From assembly GCA_965227295.1 (NCBI GenBank), contig OZ245742.1, positions 5,856,001 through 5,920,000 of the forward strand: a DNA stretch of 64,000 bases, written 5' to 3'. The notes below the pieces were generated by a model. It searched no databases. It was not told the origin of the DNA and worked only from the letters and a program-made list of their open reading frames with translations. Numbering within the stretch: the first letter of the stretch is position 1; each line of letters starts with the position of its first letter. Position numbers and translations under genes: made by a program. The stretch is from Leptonemataceae bacterium. GTDB taxonomy: Bacteria > Spirochaetota > Leptospiria > Leptospirales > Leptonemataceae. Shown here one piece after another: positions 9,506 through 17,644 of this stretch.

Positions 9506-10546
9506 TCATTGAACAAAGACTACGGCCGCACAACCGGCGGCCAGTACACCGAAGGTCACCAGCGAAAGGATTCGTCCGGCGTTCCGCAACACCGGCCGCA
9601 GACGAGCGCTCAGGCCGGCCTTTTTCGGCAGGCGGCGGCCGCGGCGGCGTTCGAAGATCCAGGCCCGCAGTTCTTCTTTCAGGCGCTCCGAATTGCGATA
9701 GCGCGAGCCGTAGCGGCGCTCCAGCTTTCGCACAAGAACGTCGAGATCGTCGTAACGTTTCTTCGGCGCGCGATGCATCATCGTACGGATGATGCTTTGA
9801 ACGAACGCGGACACGCGCGGGTTGATGCGTCGCGGCGGACGATACAACCCTTTCGTAATTAATGTGATCGTCTCCGGCGTCATGTTGCCGGGATAGGGTG
9901 ACTTGCCCGTTACCATCTTGTACAGAACGACTCCCAAACTATAGATGTCCGAACGTTTGTCGACGGCGCTGGAGTTTTCGATCTGCTCCGGCGACATATA
10001 GGCCGGCGTACCGAGGGTCATGTTGCGCGTGAGGCCCTCATCGTGGCTCGCGTCCGAGGTGGCGATGCCGAAGTCGGTAAGTTTCACCGCCCCGCTCCGG
10101 GCAATCAGCACGTTTTCCGGTTTTACGTCGCGATGGATCACGCCGCGATCATGGGCGTACTTCAACGCCCGGGCGATCTCACCGAGGATCAACAACGCGA
10201 CGTCGTTCGGAAGATAGCGCTCCTTTTCGATGAGCTCCGCCAGGGAGACGCCGTCCACGTACTCCATGGCGATGTAGTACGAAGCGCCTTCACGAAAATG
10301 ATCGTACACCTGCACAATGCGGTCGTCGCGAAAATCCAGCATGAGTTCCGCCTCGCGTTGGAACCGCCTGGTGAACGTCTTATTGCCGGCCAGGGTGAGC
10401 TGCTTCAGGATGATCGCCCGATTGAGCGTGGGGTGCTTCGCTTTATATATGCGTCCCATGCCGCCTTTCGCGATCATACGAATGACGGTATATTTCCCGA
10501 TGCTCGCGCTCGATGATGTGAGTGGTTTTCGTTGTGCTGCGTTCAT
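9506..10546 (-). CDS. Hanks-type Ser/Thr protein kinase with C-terminal TM anchor
   Basis: KGGMG, ILK, HRDVKPEN, DFG, GTPAYMSPEQ, SDIYSLG; ATG at 10546 with GGAG RBS. Confidence 0.95.
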   Translation of the reverse strand: MNAAQRKPLTSSSASIGKYTVIRMIAKGGMGRIYKAKHPTLNRAIILKQLTLAGNKTFTRRFQREAELMLDFRDDRIVQVYDHFREGASYYIAMEYVDGVSLAELIEKERYLPNDVALLILGEIARALKYAHDRGVIHRDVKPENVLIARSGAVKLTDFGIATSDASHDEGLTRNMTLGTPAYMSPEQIENSSAVDKRSDIYSLGVVLYKMVTGKSPYPGNMTPETITLITKGLYRPPRRINPRVSAFVQSIIRTMMHRAPKKRYDDLDVLVRKLERRYGSRYRNSERLKEELRAWIFERRRGRRLPKKAGLSARLRPVLRNAGRILSLVTFGVLAAGCAAVVFVQ

Positions 10547-10547
10547 C

Positions 10548-11612
10548 TCAATTCTCCACCAGATTTTCAATTTCAAAGACGTCGCGCTCCAGCCGCACGG
10601 GCCGATGCCGCGGAATCCAGGTCACGACGAAACGATCCGGATTGTGCACCTGAACGTAACGCCCGCCCGCGCGGCGCGAAAACAGCCCGGCGACGGGACG
10701 ATGGCCGCCGAAGTACAGCGAGCAGTTCCGAAACTTCGGATGAATGTACTCTAAGATCATGTTGTGCACGCTACCCGGTTCCGAGTAATCGTCGCCGGTC
10801 CAGGTGAGCCCCGTAACGACGTCCGGGAAGTGCCGGTAGTTCACGACCTCGCCGCGACGAAAGTGGCGCACAGGTTCGGCATGGGAAATGAGGTAGTGTT
10901 TGCCCCGGGCGAGCAACGGCAGATTCTTTTCGAAACGATCGTAGGCGCCGAGGAAGGCCGGGCCGTAGAATCGTTCGAGGTAATCCGTAACCATGGGGCC
11001 TTCGAGGGCGAACTTCATGAACGGAAAGTTGCCGTTGCCCCGCTCGTTCTTAATGTTATCATGATTGCCCTTTAGATAATGAAAGTAATCAGGGAACGCG
11101 CGCTTGAGTTCGAGGACCATCTCCATGAGCCCCAGGCTTTCGCGCATCTCCTCATCCATGTGGCGGCGCTTGCGAAAGCCTTTCATGTACTCCCGCTGGG
11201 CCAGGATCCAGCGCTCGGCGGCGCGGCGTTCGGCGTGCATGCCGTCACCGACGCACACAATCTGCAGCGAACCTTCGGCCAGGCGATCCAGGACACTGAG
11301 CGCCGGCAGGCCGGGCTGCGTCGGCGACTCGAAAAAACACAGCGAGTAGATGAAATCCATGCGCGCGTGCAGGTCCGGCACGACGATGGTATCGAGGTTC
11401 GGCCGCAGGTTCAGGAGACCGCCCGGCAAACCGTCGCGGTCCACCGGTCGCGTTTGCGGATCCTCCGAAAGCAAAATCCCGGTAACGTCTTCGACGAGAG
11501 CGCGATAGTCGGCCGGCTCCGAAAGTCCGGGACGTTCCAGGATCTCGGCGATGCGCTCGGCGATGGGTGAAATCGTTGCGGTTTGCACGGGCGGTTCTCC
11601 TGTAAGTTTCAT
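10548..11612 (-). CDS. Calcineurin-like metallophosphoesterase (putative protein phosphatase)
   Basis: PDLH, GDGMH, KGNHD, ISHA, GGH motifs. Confidence 0.85.
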   Translation of the reverse strand: MKLTGEPPVQTATISPIAERIAEILERPGLSEPADYRALVEDVTGILLSEDPQTRPVDRDGLPGGLLNLRPNLDTIVVPDLHARMDFIYSLCFFESPTQPGLPALSVLDRLAEGSLQIVCVGDGMHAERRAAERWILAQREYMKGFRKRRHMDEEMRESLGLMEMVLELKRAFPDYFHYLKGNHDNIKNERGNGNFPFMKFALEGPMVTDYLERFYGPAFLGAYDRFEKNLPLLARGKHYLISHAEPVRHFRRGEVVNYRHFPDVVTGLTWTGDDYSEPGSVHNMILEYIHPKFRNCSLYFGGHRPVAGLFSRRAGGRYVQVHNPDRFVVTWIPRHRPVRLERDVFEIENLVEN

Positions 11613-11622
11613 GGATCGATAG

Positions 11623-12153
11623 TTAGTCGATCACCAGCGTCTTGTTGATGTCGGCGAACTCCTGCGTCAGCACCATGGTGACGTTCGAGAGTTCCTCTTC
11701 CTGATCTTCTACGCTGAGATCGTCTTTGCATACGGCGATTTGAAACGCCGCCGAGGTACGGGACACCGGGCCTTCGTCGAACTCGACTTCGTTCCCGTTC
11801 TCCACGTCGCGGGCGAGCATGGCCGCCTCGCAATCCAGAATGTCCGGCACGTCCGTGCGCAGTCCGATGCTCGAATAGCCGGTGCTGCGACCGTCGCCGG
11901 TGAGCGGGCCGATGTTGATCAACGAGCCGGAGTAGGTCATCACCACCGCGCCGCGGGGATCGTCCTTATCGAGGCTGTCGACGACTTCCATGTCGCGCGC
12001 GCTGATCTCCCGTTCGAAGGCTTCCTGTTTGCCCAGCCAGGCCTCGGACATCATCTCCAGGGATTCGTCGCCCGCCGGCAGGCCGGAGGATTTCGTAATT
12101 CCCTTGAGGTGATCCCGCACCGCGGCGGGGATTTGTTCGAAGTAAACTCCCAT
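11623..12153 (-). CDS. Acidic hypothetical protein, first gene of the kinase/phosphatase operon
   Basis: GGAG RBS, genome-like codon usage, 10 bp from the next gene. Confidence 0.8.
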   Translation of the reverse strand: MGVYFEQIPAAVRDHLKGITKSSGLPAGDESLEMMSEAWLGKQEAFEREISARDMEVVDSLDKDDPRGAVVMTYSGSLINIGPLTGDGRSTGYSSIGLRTDVPDILDCEAAMLARDVENGNEVEFDEGPVSRTSAAFQIAVCKDDLSVEDQEEELSNVTMVLTQEFADINKTLVID

Positions 12154-12210
12154 CGTGTATCTCCATTTATTAAGTTCGGATGACGTTGACTTACGCTGCC
12201 CGACGCAAAC

Positions 12211-12238
12211 AAGACGGCTCGTTTATTGCGGCGGTTCC
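12211..12238 (-). promoter_or_regulatory. ECF sigma-type promoter (GGAACC-N16-CGTC)
   Basis: Minus strand GGAACC gccgcaataaacgagc CGTCTT, ~60 bp upstream of the 12153 start. Confidence 0.65.
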
Positions 12239-12270
12239 CAATGCGTAAAAAATCCGCGCACGACGGCGCA

Positions 12271-12918
12271 TCATACCGCACTCTCCGCGTGCAGGATTTC
12301 CGGCCACACGCCGAGCTGCGGAATCGTTTCGAAGTCGGCGGCGCTGACACCGCGCTGTTCCAGCTCACGTAGCAACACGTGCCGGGCGCGATTCAGGCGG
12401 GACTTAACCGTTCCCGCGGGCAAGTTAAGATCCAGGCACATCTCGGCGTAACCCAGGCCGCGATAGTAGTAGCGAATCAACACGTCCCGAAAGGCCTTCG
12501 GCCGCACGGCGAGCATGGCGTCGAGTACCGTTTCAATCGAGGCGGCCAGCTCCAGGCGATACCCGGGATCGTCGAACCGGCCGCTGGTCGGGTGAACCGA
12601 GGCGTCGTCCTCATCGGAAAACTCCGCCGGCACCTCGCGGCGATCTTTGCGCAACATGTCGATGCACTGGTGCGTAACGATGCGCGCGAGCCACGGAAAG
12701 AGTTTGTTCACATCGCGGAGTTGATGGCGACGCCGGGCGGCCTTAATGATCGCGTCACTGACGGCGTCCTCGGAGCGATCCCGATCCCTTAACCGCGCCT
12801 GAGCGACGATTAAGAGCCGCTCCCGGTGCTCGTAACAGGCTTCGAGAAATTCGGCGAAGGCCGCCCGGTCTTCGGCCAGGGCCAGGGCGCCCTGGGCTTC
12901 GCTGAGACTCTGGTTCAT
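12271..12918 (-). CDS. ECF (sigma70 group 4) RNA polymerase sigma factor
   Basis: Region 2 (SEDAVSD..., PWLARIVTHQCIDMLRK) and region 4 (GLGYAEM...GTVKSRLNRAR); GGAGG RBS before ATG 12918. Confidence 0.92.
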   Translation of the reverse strand: MNQSLSEAQGALALAEDRAAFAEFLEACYEHRERLLIVAQARLRDRDRSEDAVSDAIIKAARRRHQLRDVNKLFPWLARIVTHQCIDMLRKDRREVPAEFSDEDDASVHPTSGRFDDPGYRLELAASIETVLDAMLAVRPKAFRDVLIRYYYRGLGYAEMCLDLNLPAGTVKSRLNRARHVLLRELEQRGVSAADFETIPQLGVWPEILHAESAV

Positions 12919-12943
12919 GGTGTCCTCCATCATGCAGGAGGAG

Positions 12944-12961
12944 TAGCAGGAGCCGTGCCAG
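12944..12961 (-). promoter_or_regulatory. Sigma54-type -24/-12 promoter of the ECF gene
   Basis: Minus strand CTGGCACGGCTCCTGCTA, matching TGGCAC-N5-YTGC with exact GG-N10-GC spacing. Confidence 0.65.
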
Positions 12962-13041
12962 GGTCGGCGACGGGCGTAGAAGGGCGCAAATCGGCGATTG
13001 ACGGGGGAATCGGAAAAAGTCAAGGGCCTGCCTGGTATATA

Positions 13042-13064
13042 TTTATATCGCACCCTGATATAAA
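13042..13064. promoter_or_regulatory. AT-rich palindrome, candidate enhancer-binding-protein site
   Basis: TTTATATC-gcaccct-GATATAAA, ~110-130 bp upstream of the predicted sigma54 start site. Confidence 0.5.
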
Positions 13065-13071
13065 AAGTGGA

Positions 13072-13190
13072 GGGCGTTCCGGACGGCGCCAGGCCCAGGC
13101 GCCGTCCGTCGGGCCACTCCGGGCTCCGCGTTCGCTTCGGTCCTTCGGACTCGCGCTGCGCGCGACCCTGCGTGTCCCTAACGCGAAGAG
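13072..13190 (+). repeat. REP-like dispersed palindromic element (family A)
   Basis: GGGCG...GGGCTCCGCG...CGCTTCGGTCCT...GACCCT...TCCCTAACGCGAAGAG, shared with 35109, 36008 and 36154. Confidence 0.7.
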
Positions 13191-13227
13191 TGGTGATCCG
13201 TGACACGAATTATGATCATGTCCCGAC

Positions 13228-13770
13228 ATGAAGGACCAACCGCCCATCATCATCCGCGAAACCACCGCCGCCGATTCCGAAACGATCGCGCGCATCCACC
13301 GCGCAGCCTTCGGCCAACCGGACGAGGCCGATCTGACGCTGGCGTTGTTGGATGATCCCACGGCATCGCCGCTGCTTTCGCTGCTGGCATTCGACGGCAA
13401 CACGGCCGTCGGCCACGTTCTATTCACGCGCGTGCGCATGACAGATCAGGACGTCCTCGCGCACATACTGGCACCGCTGGCCGTGGTACCCGAGCACCAG
13501 CGCCACGGCGTGGGCGGGCAGTTGATTCGCGCGGGCCTGCAAATCTTACAACAACGCGGCAGCGCCCTGGTCTTTGTGCTGGGTTCGCCGGAATACTATC
13601 CGAAATTCGGCTTCGTCCCGGACGCTGCGGCGCAGGGCTTTACGACGCCGTATGCACTTCCCGCGGAGTATCGCGAGGCGTGGATGGTGCTTAAGTTACA
13701 CGATGCGAACATTAGCGGACGTGTGATTTGCGCGGATGCGTTGATGCAGCCGGAAGCGTGGCAGGGCTAG
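13228..13770 (+). CDS. GNAT family N-acetyltransferase (YhbS-like)
   Basis: LAPLAVVPEHQRHGVGGQLI, VLGSPEYYPKFGF. Confidence 0.9.
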   Translation: MKDQPPIIIRETTAADSETIARIHRAAFGQPDEADLTLALLDDPTASPLLSLLAFDGNTAVGHVLFTRVRMTDQDVLAHILAPLAVVPEHQRHGVGGQLIRAGLQILQQRGSALVFVLGSPEYYPKFGFVPDAAAQGFTTPYALPAEYREAWMVLKLHDANISGRVICADALMQPEAWQG

Positions 13771-13773
13771 ACG

Positions 13774-14193
13774 ATGGCGCACGCAATCTTCGAAATCACC
13801 GATCGCATTCAGGCCGCCGGGGAGCCGGTGGTGCACGTTCTTAAGGGACGCTGGGCCGGACTTACCACGCCGCGGATGCACGCTGTGTTGTGGCCGATCT
13901 GGGAACGGCAAATCAGCGGCGAACTTACGAAGGAAACTGCCCCGCAACTGACTGTCTGGCGCGCCGCGAACGGGGCGGCGTTTGTCGAGGGCCGCGAGTG
14001 GTTCGGCGCGATTCCGGGCGATGCGGTGCGCTCGGTGTTTCTGCTGCTGTTCGACGACGGGAGCTTGCTTGAGTTCAGTTGCGTGGATTCTTGTACGGAA
14101 ACGGAGCTGGATGTGCGCGTGTGGGATGATGGGGCGGCGGCGGCGGGCGTGGATGCTTTAATTATTTTGATAGAGAAAATAATTCTTGATTAA
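13774..14193 (+). CDS. Hypothetical protein
   Basis: ATG 3 bp after the GNAT stop; no recognised motif. Confidence 0.5.
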   Translation: MAHAIFEITDRIQAAGEPVVHVLKGRWAGLTTPRMHAVLWPIWERQISGELTKETAPQLTVWRAANGAAFVEGREWFGAIPGDAVRSVFLLLFDDGSLLEFSCVDSCTETELDVRVWDDGAAAAGVDALIILIEKIILD

Positions 14194-14225
14194 CCGGACC
14201 GCCCCATATCAAGAGGAACCTCGCT

Positions 14226-15227
14226 ATGTCAGATAACGCGACCTCGTGGTTACAGCCGAACATAGTCTTTATCCTGGGCTCAGGGTTCTCAAGGGCTTTT
14301 CATGATAGCATGCCGTTGACCTCGGGACTGCACAGTTATCTCGATCCGACAACGCGCACAATGATCGAGGACGAAGGCTATACTAACATTCTGGAGGATT
14401 TTGAGAGCTTATTCTCGATGTGCTTCAGCGACTATCCCTGGCTAATCCCTGAAGAAAAATTTCGCCTGAGGGCGCTCTATTATCGTCTCAGCGCTAGAAT
14501 TGCCCGAGGTCTTTATGATACCATGTCGTCACTTCCCATAACAGCTCCATCTCACATGACTAACCTGGCCTCTTTCTGGGAGGATCGCAGGTCATACGTT
14601 ATTACTTTCAACTACGACACTATAGTCGAGAGACTACTGCCCCCAAGGCCGGATAGAGACGACAACGACCTTTGGAAACTAACAATGCGTGGTCTAGATC
14701 ATAGGTTTTCGGGCGGCCTGATTGGCGGAGGTCCTCCACGGCAAGATGGGCCGACATTAATCAAGCTCCACGGCTCAATTAACTGGTGGCATTCAGGCGA
14801 TTTTGAAGATCATAGCGAGGAGATTTATTATGGAGATGCTCGCCGCAATGACGTAGTGGTCGCAGATCTTGTTCAAATGCTGATCCCTCCCACCATTGAG
14901 AAGACGCAGTTCTATCGGCATAGAATCATTCAATTGCTCTGGAGACGTGCGCGCTTTCTACTAGATACTGCCCAAATAGTAGTAGTGATTGGTTATTCAC
15001 TTCCGCCTTCTGATACACCGATACGACTACTCATGAGGCAAACGCTACGCGGAAAAAATATCATCTTCGTAAACCCGTCAACCAGCCAGTCATTTCGCCG
15101 GGACATTGTAGGTTTCTTCGAATCGGCCGGCGCCACGCTGAATCAGGATTACTTCGGGGTCGAGAACGCTGTGGGAGAATTTATCAATGAAGAATTACCG
15201 ACACTGAGAGGCCTGAAATTCCACTGA
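14226..15227 (+). CDS. SIR2-like (SIR2_2) domain protein
   Basis: FILGSGFS, ITFNYDTIVE, LIKLHGSINW, VIGYSLPPSD; visibly lower GC than neighbours. Confidence 0.85.
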   Translation: MSDNATSWLQPNIVFILGSGFSRAFHDSMPLTSGLHSYLDPTTRTMIEDEGYTNILEDFESLFSMCFSDYPWLIPEEKFRLRALYYRLSARIARGLYDTMSSLPITAPSHMTNLASFWEDRRSYVITFNYDTIVERLLPPRPDRDDNDLWKLTMRGLDHRFSGGLIGGGPPRQDGPTLIKLHGSINWWHSGDFEDHSEEIYYGDARRNDVVVADLVQMLIPPTIEKTQFYRHRIIQLLWRRARFLLDTAQIVVVIGYSLPPSDTPIRLLMRQTLRGKNIIFVNPSTSQSFRRDIVGFFESAGATLNQDYFGVENAVGEFINEELPTLRGLKFH

Positions 15228-15231
15228 TCCC

Positions 15232-15942
15232 CTACTCCACATTATCCATATGCCTCACGTCTTCGCCGGTACTCAACCGCACAAGTTCTTCCCCGACGTT
15301 CACCGCTAAATCCCCCACCCGTTCCATGCTCACGATAATTCGGTACAAATCCGCAAACTGCCGGCGGGTCATCGACTCATCGTCGACGTACTTTTGAAAC
15401 GCACGATCGCACAGGCGGTCCAGTTCTTCGTCCACGGCCTGGATGGAACCGAAGAAACGGTTCTTTTCTTCGACCAGGGACTCCACCGCCATGCCGACGA
15501 TGGTGGTCATCCGCGATTGAATGAGACACATGATCTCGTCGTCGTGGAAGATGCCGGGGCGAATGAGGCCGTTGCGAAAGGAAGACGCGGCGTTGACAAC
15601 GTTGTCGCCCAGACGTTCGAGGTTCCGCGTAATGCGGATGGCCGAAAGCGCGAACCGCAGCGGGTCCCGCAGCAGAATGCGGTTCTCGTCCAGGTTCTCC
15701 ATGCCCATGGCCCGCCGCGTGGCGACGGCCTCCAGGATGGCGTTCTGGGAAATGTTGTCGTTTTCCTTTTCGAGGCGGTCCAGCTCATCGTCACGATCGA
15801 TGACTTCCTGCGCCATGTCGTAGTCGTCTTTCTCAAGACTGTCACCGAGCATCAAAACCTGTTCGAGCACCAGCTCCGCCATGCTGGACAGGTTGCGCTT
15901 GAGGTAGTCGAACTTGGGATGAGTGGCAACGGCGGGGGACAT
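15232..15942 (-). CDS. phoU: Phosphate signalling/uptake regulator PhoU family
   Basis: Two PhoU repeats: [10 protein letters not shown]...[10 protein letters not shown] and DEELDRL...[13 protein letters not shown]. Confidence 0.85.
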   Translation of the reverse strand: MSPAVATHPKFDYLKRNLSSMAELVLEQVLMLGDSLEKDDYDMAQEVIDRDDELDRLEKENDNISQNAILEAVATRRAMGMENLDENRILLRDPLRFALSAIRITRNLERLGDNVVNAASSFRNGLIRPGIFHDDEIMCLIQSRMTTIVGMAVESLVEEKNRFFGSIQAVDEELDRLCDRAFQKYVDDESMTRRQFADLYRIIVSMERVGDLAVNVGEELVRLSTGEDVRHMDNVE

Positions 15943-16039
15943 GACAGGCCTCGACGACCGGATTCCACACCACCGCCCCTGATTTGTATAGCACGATTTT
16001 ATGTCGGCCTGCAAAAAACCGACGAACACCGTTCACGAG

Positions 16040-16246
16040 CTAGGCAAATCGCCTTAACGTCTCCGGGTCCGTCTCTACGGCAAACTTGCGGCCGTTCTTG
16101 CATTCATACGTGACTTTTTTCGGCACCACGGTCACGCCGAAGGCCAGCAAAAACCAGCCCCACAACGAATACTCCGGATGCGGCGTGACGCCCTCGCTCC
16201 CCGGCGTACTGCCGCAACACGCACAAGTAATTACTGACTCATTCAT
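16040..16246 (-). CDS. Small Cys-containing (zinc-ribbon-like) membrane-associated hypothetical protein
   Basis: CACC...hydrophobic stretch...C; ATG at 16246. Confidence 0.55.
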   Translation of the reverse strand: MNESVITCACCGSTPGSEGVTPHPEYSLWGWFLLAFGVTVVPKKVTYECKNGRKFAVETDPETLRRFA

Positions 16247-16323
16247 AGTATTATCTGACAGCATCGCTAACGCGTAAGACCAAAACAAACTCCTTCTTCT
16301 CTCGAAGCCTCGGAGCCTCGGTG

Positions 16324-17625
16324 TCAATCTTCCTTTTTCCCATAATCCCGCCCCGGCCACAAACTCCGCAAGCGATCGCGTAACCGCATCTCCTGGCCCT
16401 GGTCGGTCGGTCGGTAGAACTGCATCTTACGAAAGTCGTCCGGTAAGTACTCCGCGCGCACGAAGTGGCCCGCGAAATCATGCGGATACTGATAGCCCTG
16501 GCCGGCGCCCTCCGCGCGATGCGTGGCCGTCGGCGCGTTACGCAAATGATTCGGCACGCGCACCTCACGATGACGCACGGCGGAAAGCGCGGCGTCGATG
16601 CCGAGATACGCGGCGTTGCTCTTCGGACAACCCGCGAGAAACGTAGCCGTCTGACCGAGGACGATGCGCCCCTCCGGCATGCCGATGCGTTCGATCGCCT
16701 GGAAGGCCGACGTCGCCACACCCACCGCCTGGGGATACGCGTTGCCCACGTCCTCGGCCGCAAAGATCACCATGCGCCGCGCAATAAAGAGCGGATCCTC
16801 TCCGCCTTCGATCATGCACGCCAGGTACAATAGCGCCGCGTCCGGGTCCGAACCGCGCATGCTCTTAATGAACGCGGAGATGTAATCATAGTGATTCTCC
16901 CCGCCCTTATCGTAATGACGAATGCGTCCCTCTAATGCCAGGCGCGCGTCGTCCGCGGAGATCGACTGCGCCTCGCGCTGCGCGGCAATGCCCGCGGCGA
17001 GTTCCAGACAGAGCAGCAAACGCCGGCCGTCACCGCCGGCCGCTTCGAGGAGCACATCGCGCGCGTTGTCTTCCAAAGAATAGCGCGAGAGCATGGAGTC
17101 ATCGCGCAGAGTACGCTCCAGCAGATGGCGCAGGTCTTCTTCCGTAAGATTCTCCAGGCGATAGACCTGGCAGCGCGAGAGCAACGGGCCCACCACTTCG
17201 AACGACGGGTTTTCCGTGGTCGCGCCGATCAGCGTCAGCCAGCCGGACTCCACTGCTTCAAGCAGCGCGTCCTGTTGCGATTTCGAGAAGCGATGGATCT
17301 CGTCGAGGAACAACACCACGCCCCGTCCCTGATTCAGGAAACGCTCTTTGCCGGTTTCGATCACCGCCCGCACGTCTTTGACGCCGGACGACACCGCACT
17401 CAGATGATGAAAGGGCAACCCCGCGTTACGCGCCAGGATGCCGGCCAGGGTCGTCTTGCCGCAGCCCGGCGGGCCGTAAAGGATCATGGAGTGGATGGGC
17501 CGGCCCTCGAGTTTTTTCCGCAGCTTCGCCTGGCCCACGAAGCCGTCCCAGTTCCACGGGCGCATGCGCGCCGCGAGCGGAGAACCAGCGGAGCGTTCCT
17601 GATCGAATAAACCGGGGCCGGTCAT
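16324..17625 (-). CDS. rarA: Replication-associated recombination protein A (RarA/MgsA)
   Basis: [60 protein letters not shown]. Confidence 0.95.
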   Translation of the reverse strand: MTGPGLFDQERSAGSPLAARMRPWNWDGFVGQAKLRKKLEGRPIHSMILYGPPGCGKTTLAGILARNAGLPFHHLSAVSSGVKDVRAVIETGKERFLNQGRGVVLFLDEIHRFSKSQQDALLEAVESGWLTLIGATTENPSFEVVGPLLSRCQVYRLENLTEEDLRHLLERTLRDDSMLSRYSLEDNARDVLLEAAGGDGRRLLLCLELAAGIAAQREAQSISADDARLALEGRIRHYDKGGENHYDYISAFIKSMRGSDPDAALLYLACMIEGGEDPLFIARRMVIFAAEDVGNAYPQAVGVATSAFQAIERIGMPEGRIVLGQTATFLAGCPKSNAAYLGIDAALSAVRHREVRVPNHLRNAPTATHRAEGAGQGYQYPHDFAGHFVRAEYLPDDFRKMQFYRPTDQGQEMRLRDRLRSLWPGRDYGKKED

Positions 17626-17644
17626 AACTGCGAATCACCGAAAG

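Noticed and set aside
12919..13206. N-terminal extension of the ECF sigma (311-aa ORF)
   Set aside because: It runs through a REP element and promoter motifs; the RBS supports ATG 12918.
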